A stretch of 64,000 nucleotides of DNA from an uncultured delta proteobacterium (GTDB lineage: Bacteria; Myxococcota; Kuafuiibacteriia; Kuafuiibacteriales; Kuafuiibacteriaceae). The stretch's first letter is position 1. Each line of letters opens with the position of its first letter. Location: NCBI GenBank assembly GCA_963803435.1, contig CAWDML010000008.1, forward strand, positions 96,001 to 160,000. Reading direction: 5' to 3'. The translations under genes were made by a program, and so were the position numbers. This document shows, piece after piece, positions 61,616 through 64,000 of the stretch. The notes below the pieces were generated by a model that searched no databases, was not told the DNA's origin, and saw only the letters and a list, made by a program, of their open reading frames with translations.

Positions 61616-64000
61616 CACGAGATCACGACCTTTCGCGCCAGGGCCCGGTCGATCGCCAGGCAGGCCTCCCGGAACTCGGGATACTCGTCGGGCGGGATCT
61701 CCTTGGTCTTCATGGTGACGATGTCGTCGGTCTCGAAGCCGCCTTCGATCCGGCGGACCACCTGCACGACCGAGATGTGCGCGTTGTCGACGGTCTGTCC
61801 CTCGGGGAGCTGGACGATCTTGGCGCCGGCCGGAAGCCGATACCGGACGACGTTTCGGGTCGCCCAGGGGTGCGTGATCGTCAGCGTGGTCTCGCGCTCG
61901 GCCAGCTTCGCATACGCGCCCGCGACCTGATGCTGGAACAGCGCGATCGGCATGGTGATCTGATCGTGCTCGAGCGTCCCGTAGCGCGGGATGTGGGCCG
62001 TGTAGTGGTACTCGACCGGAGCCTCGAGATCGGAGAGATCGGAGAACTTCAGCTTCTCGACGCGCACGCCGGTGAAGATCTCGCTGAGCTGATCCTCGAG
62101 GTGCCGCTTTCGCAGCTCCACCTCCTCGAACTCCTGCCGCAGGTTGGAGGCCCGGACGCCGAAGAAGTGCTCGACGCCCTTCAGCATCAGCGACCCGTCG
62201 CGCGAGAAGGTGGCCTCGTACTCGGAGCGATTGAGGTTGTCTTCTGGCTTGCTCTCCGGGAGCGTGGCCAGCCGCGTGCGGCCGTCCGGGTGCACGATCA
62301 GGCCGGTCGCGCCCTGGTCCTGATACGGCAGCTCGTAGCTCCCCGAGAACTCGGCCGTCGGATCGAGGAACAGGTCGAACGCAGGCACGTACGTGATCGC
62401 GTGGTTGAAGGCCCACATGGTGGCGTGGTCCGGCGGGAGGCGGCCTCGATCGGACGTCCGCACCAGCGTGATGGTGGCTTCGATCCCGTTGTCGTTGAGG
62501 AGCGCCGCCAGCAGCGTTGCCTTGTCCTTGCAGTCGCCGTAGCGCCGCCGGTGGACCTCGGACGCCTTGAACGGCTTCCAGCCGTGGATACCGAGCTCGA
62601 TCCCGACGTAGCGCGTGTTCTTCACCACGTAGTGGTAGAGGCGCTCCATGATCTCACGCTTGCTCTTGGCTCCGGCCACCGCGGCGCGTCCTGCCTTGCG
62701 CGCCGGCTCGTCGAGCTCCATCTGCTCGGCGAAGAGCCGCGCGTACCAGGCGCCCAGGTCGCTCCACTTGTGGTAGGTCGACACGCTGACCAGCATCCCG
62801 ATGTCGGGGTAGGGCGGGGCGAATGGCTCCAGGACCAGCGCGTCGACCGCATCGAGCTTCCACGTGAGCGTCGTGTTCTGGCCGTCGGTGGTCCGCGCGG
62901 GCTCGCCGACTCGAACGCTCGAGGCGTACAGCGGCAAGCGCTCCGGTGCGATCACGGTGTGGACGACGTCCCGCTTCGGCAAGCCACCTTGCAGGAACTC
63001 GATGTCGCCGAAGAAGCCGCCGAAGATGTTGTCGCCGACCGAGTCGACGCGATAGCGGATGTTGATCACGTCGCCGGCCTCGAGATCGTCGAACAGGATG
63101 GTCTTGAACCGCTGGTCGACGTACATCCCGCTCACCTTCCCGTTCGGTCCCTCGTCCGAGATGCTGGACGCCTGGATGATCTCCCCGGTGGGACGGATCC
63201 GCTCCGCGGACAGGACCTCCACGATCTCGCGCGTCGGTGAGTAGTCGATCCGATGCGCGCGGAGCGCGTCCTCCAGCCTCGGGTTCTGCAGGCGCAGGAC
63301 CCACTGGTGAAAGTGCGTGCTTTTTCCGTTCTCGTAGAGGCGGATGGCGCTCCGATCGGCGAGGAAGATCGCGCCGAACTTCTGCTCCTCCTCGCTGATC
63401 GGCGCCGCGATCAGGGAAGAAGCGTCGACCGAGAACTCGTCCTCGAGCTCCTTCTTCTCCCCGGAGAGAGCGCGCCGGTGATGCCTGACCTCGGGTTGAT
63501 GCGGATCGAGCTCGAGAGATCGATCCAGCTGCGCGAGCGCGCCGCTCTTCTCTCCGCCGAGCAGGAGCAGCTCCGCCGCCAGGTTCGCCACGGCAGGCGC
63601 GTCGGGAAAGAGCGCCTGGGCCTTCGCCAGCACCGCCAGCGCCTCCGCGCCGCGGCCCTCCTCCCCGGCCAGGATGCGCGCCTGCTGCAGGCGGTTGCGG
63701 AGCACCCAAGGTGCGAACCGGATGCTCTCCTCGGTGTGCCGCAGCGCGCTCTCGACATCGTTCTCGTCGAGGGCCACGCCGATCGCCAGGTTCCTCGCCA
63801 GATGGTTCTCGCGGTCGAGCGCGAGGGCCTTCTCTGCGGTCTCGTAGGCGCGTCTGCGGTCGCCGACCTCCCGCTGCATCCGAGACAGCTCCACGAGGGC
63901 CGACTCCGACCGCTCGATCCCGGGCGCCTTCGCCAGCTCGAGCATGGCGGCCGGCCCCACCTCGAGATCGTCGAAGCTCATCGTCGCCAGCGCCACCCGC
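61612..64000 (-). CDS. TPR + DUF3857 + transglutaminase domain protein (5' end outside the window)
   Basis: RYVGIELGIHGWKP, YGDCKDKA, FNHAI.Y, FLDPT (Cys-His-Asp triad); DUF3858-like tail. Confidence 0.9.
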   Translation of the reverse strand, partial: RVALATMSFDDLEVGPAAMLELAKAPGIERSESALVELSRMQREVGDRRRAYETAEKALALDRENHLARNLAIGVALDENDVESALRHTEESIRFAPWVLRNRLQQARILAGEEGRGAEALAVLAKAQALFPDAPAVANLAAELLLLGGEKSGALAQLDRSLELDPHQPEVRHHRRALSGEKKELEDEFSVDASSLIAAPISEEEQKFGAIFLADRSAIRLYENGKSTHFHQWVLRLQNPRLEDALRAHRIDYSPTREIVEVLSAERIRPTGEIIQASSISDEGPNGKVSGMYVDQRFKTILFDDLEAGDVINIRYRVDSVGDNIFGGFFGDIEFLQGGLPKRDVVHTVIAPERLPLYASSVRVGEPARTTDGQNTTLTWKLDAVDALVLEPFAPPYPDIGMLVSVSTYHKWSDLGAWYARLFAEQMELDEPARKAGRAAVAGAKSKREIMERLYHYVVKNTRYVGIELGIHGWKPFKASEVHRRRYGDCKDKATLLAALLNDNGIEATITLVRTSDRGRLPPDHATMWAFNHAITYVPAFDLFLDPTAEFSGSYELPYQDQGATGLIVHPDGRTRLATLPESKPEDNLNRSEYEATFSRDGSLMLKGVEHFFGVRASNLRQEFEEVELRKRHLEDQLSEIFTGVRVEKLKFSDLSDLEAPVEYHYTAHIPRYGTLEHDQITMPIALFQHQVAGAYAKLAERETTLTITHPWATRNVVRYRLPAGAKIVQLPEGQTVDNAHISVVQVVRRIEGGFETDDIVTMKTKEIPPDEYPEFREACLAIDRALARKVVISW

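Noticed and set aside
1-64000. Very long alternative-frame and antisense ORFs (e.g. 32710-35670 -, 27445-29820 -, 59324-61930 +, 49282-51321 +, 40518-42671 -)
   Set aside because: Shadow ORFs expected at high GC; Arg/Gly/Ala-rich, motif-free and overlapping clearly recognisable genes
1-64000. tRNA, rRNA, transposases, integrases, prophage or defence systems
   Set aside because: No cloverleaf/T-loop signatures, DDE or tyrosine-recombinase motifs, or phage structural genes were recognised

Overview
A very GC-rich (about 70% by eye) bacterial chromosomal segment with Myxococcota-like gene content: MYXO-CTERM-like tail, PEGA/TPR proteins, Cys-rich lipoproteins, Ig-like+VWA adhesin and a Gld-like ABC cluster. 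It holds about 50 genes, including accD-folC-AMIN-lptD, a CHASE2 adenylate cyclase, a hybrid kinase, PolX, an M3 peptidase, a TetR-crotonase-BKACE operon, an ECF sigma/anti-sigma pair and two DUF3857/transglutaminase proteins. About ten genes carry small indels that look like long-read consensus errors. I found no rRNA, tRNA, CRISPR array or transposase. The most striking signal is non-coding. At 53151-53390 (- strand), eight AGGA motifs (mostly CAGGACG/CAGGAGG) sit in hairpin loops and end in an intrinsic terminator. This is the architecture of a CsrB/RsmZ-type CsrA sponge, here forming the 3' tail of an orphan gene with a sigma28-like promoter. An almost identical promoter (GCAACAC-N12-[A/T]CCGATAA) precedes a second candidate sRNA of about 90 nt with a C7-loop terminator hairpin (56254-56341). 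A sigma54-type promoter precedes an atypical Hsp20 and an octad-repeat helical protein. All calls are by eye; no database searches were run.
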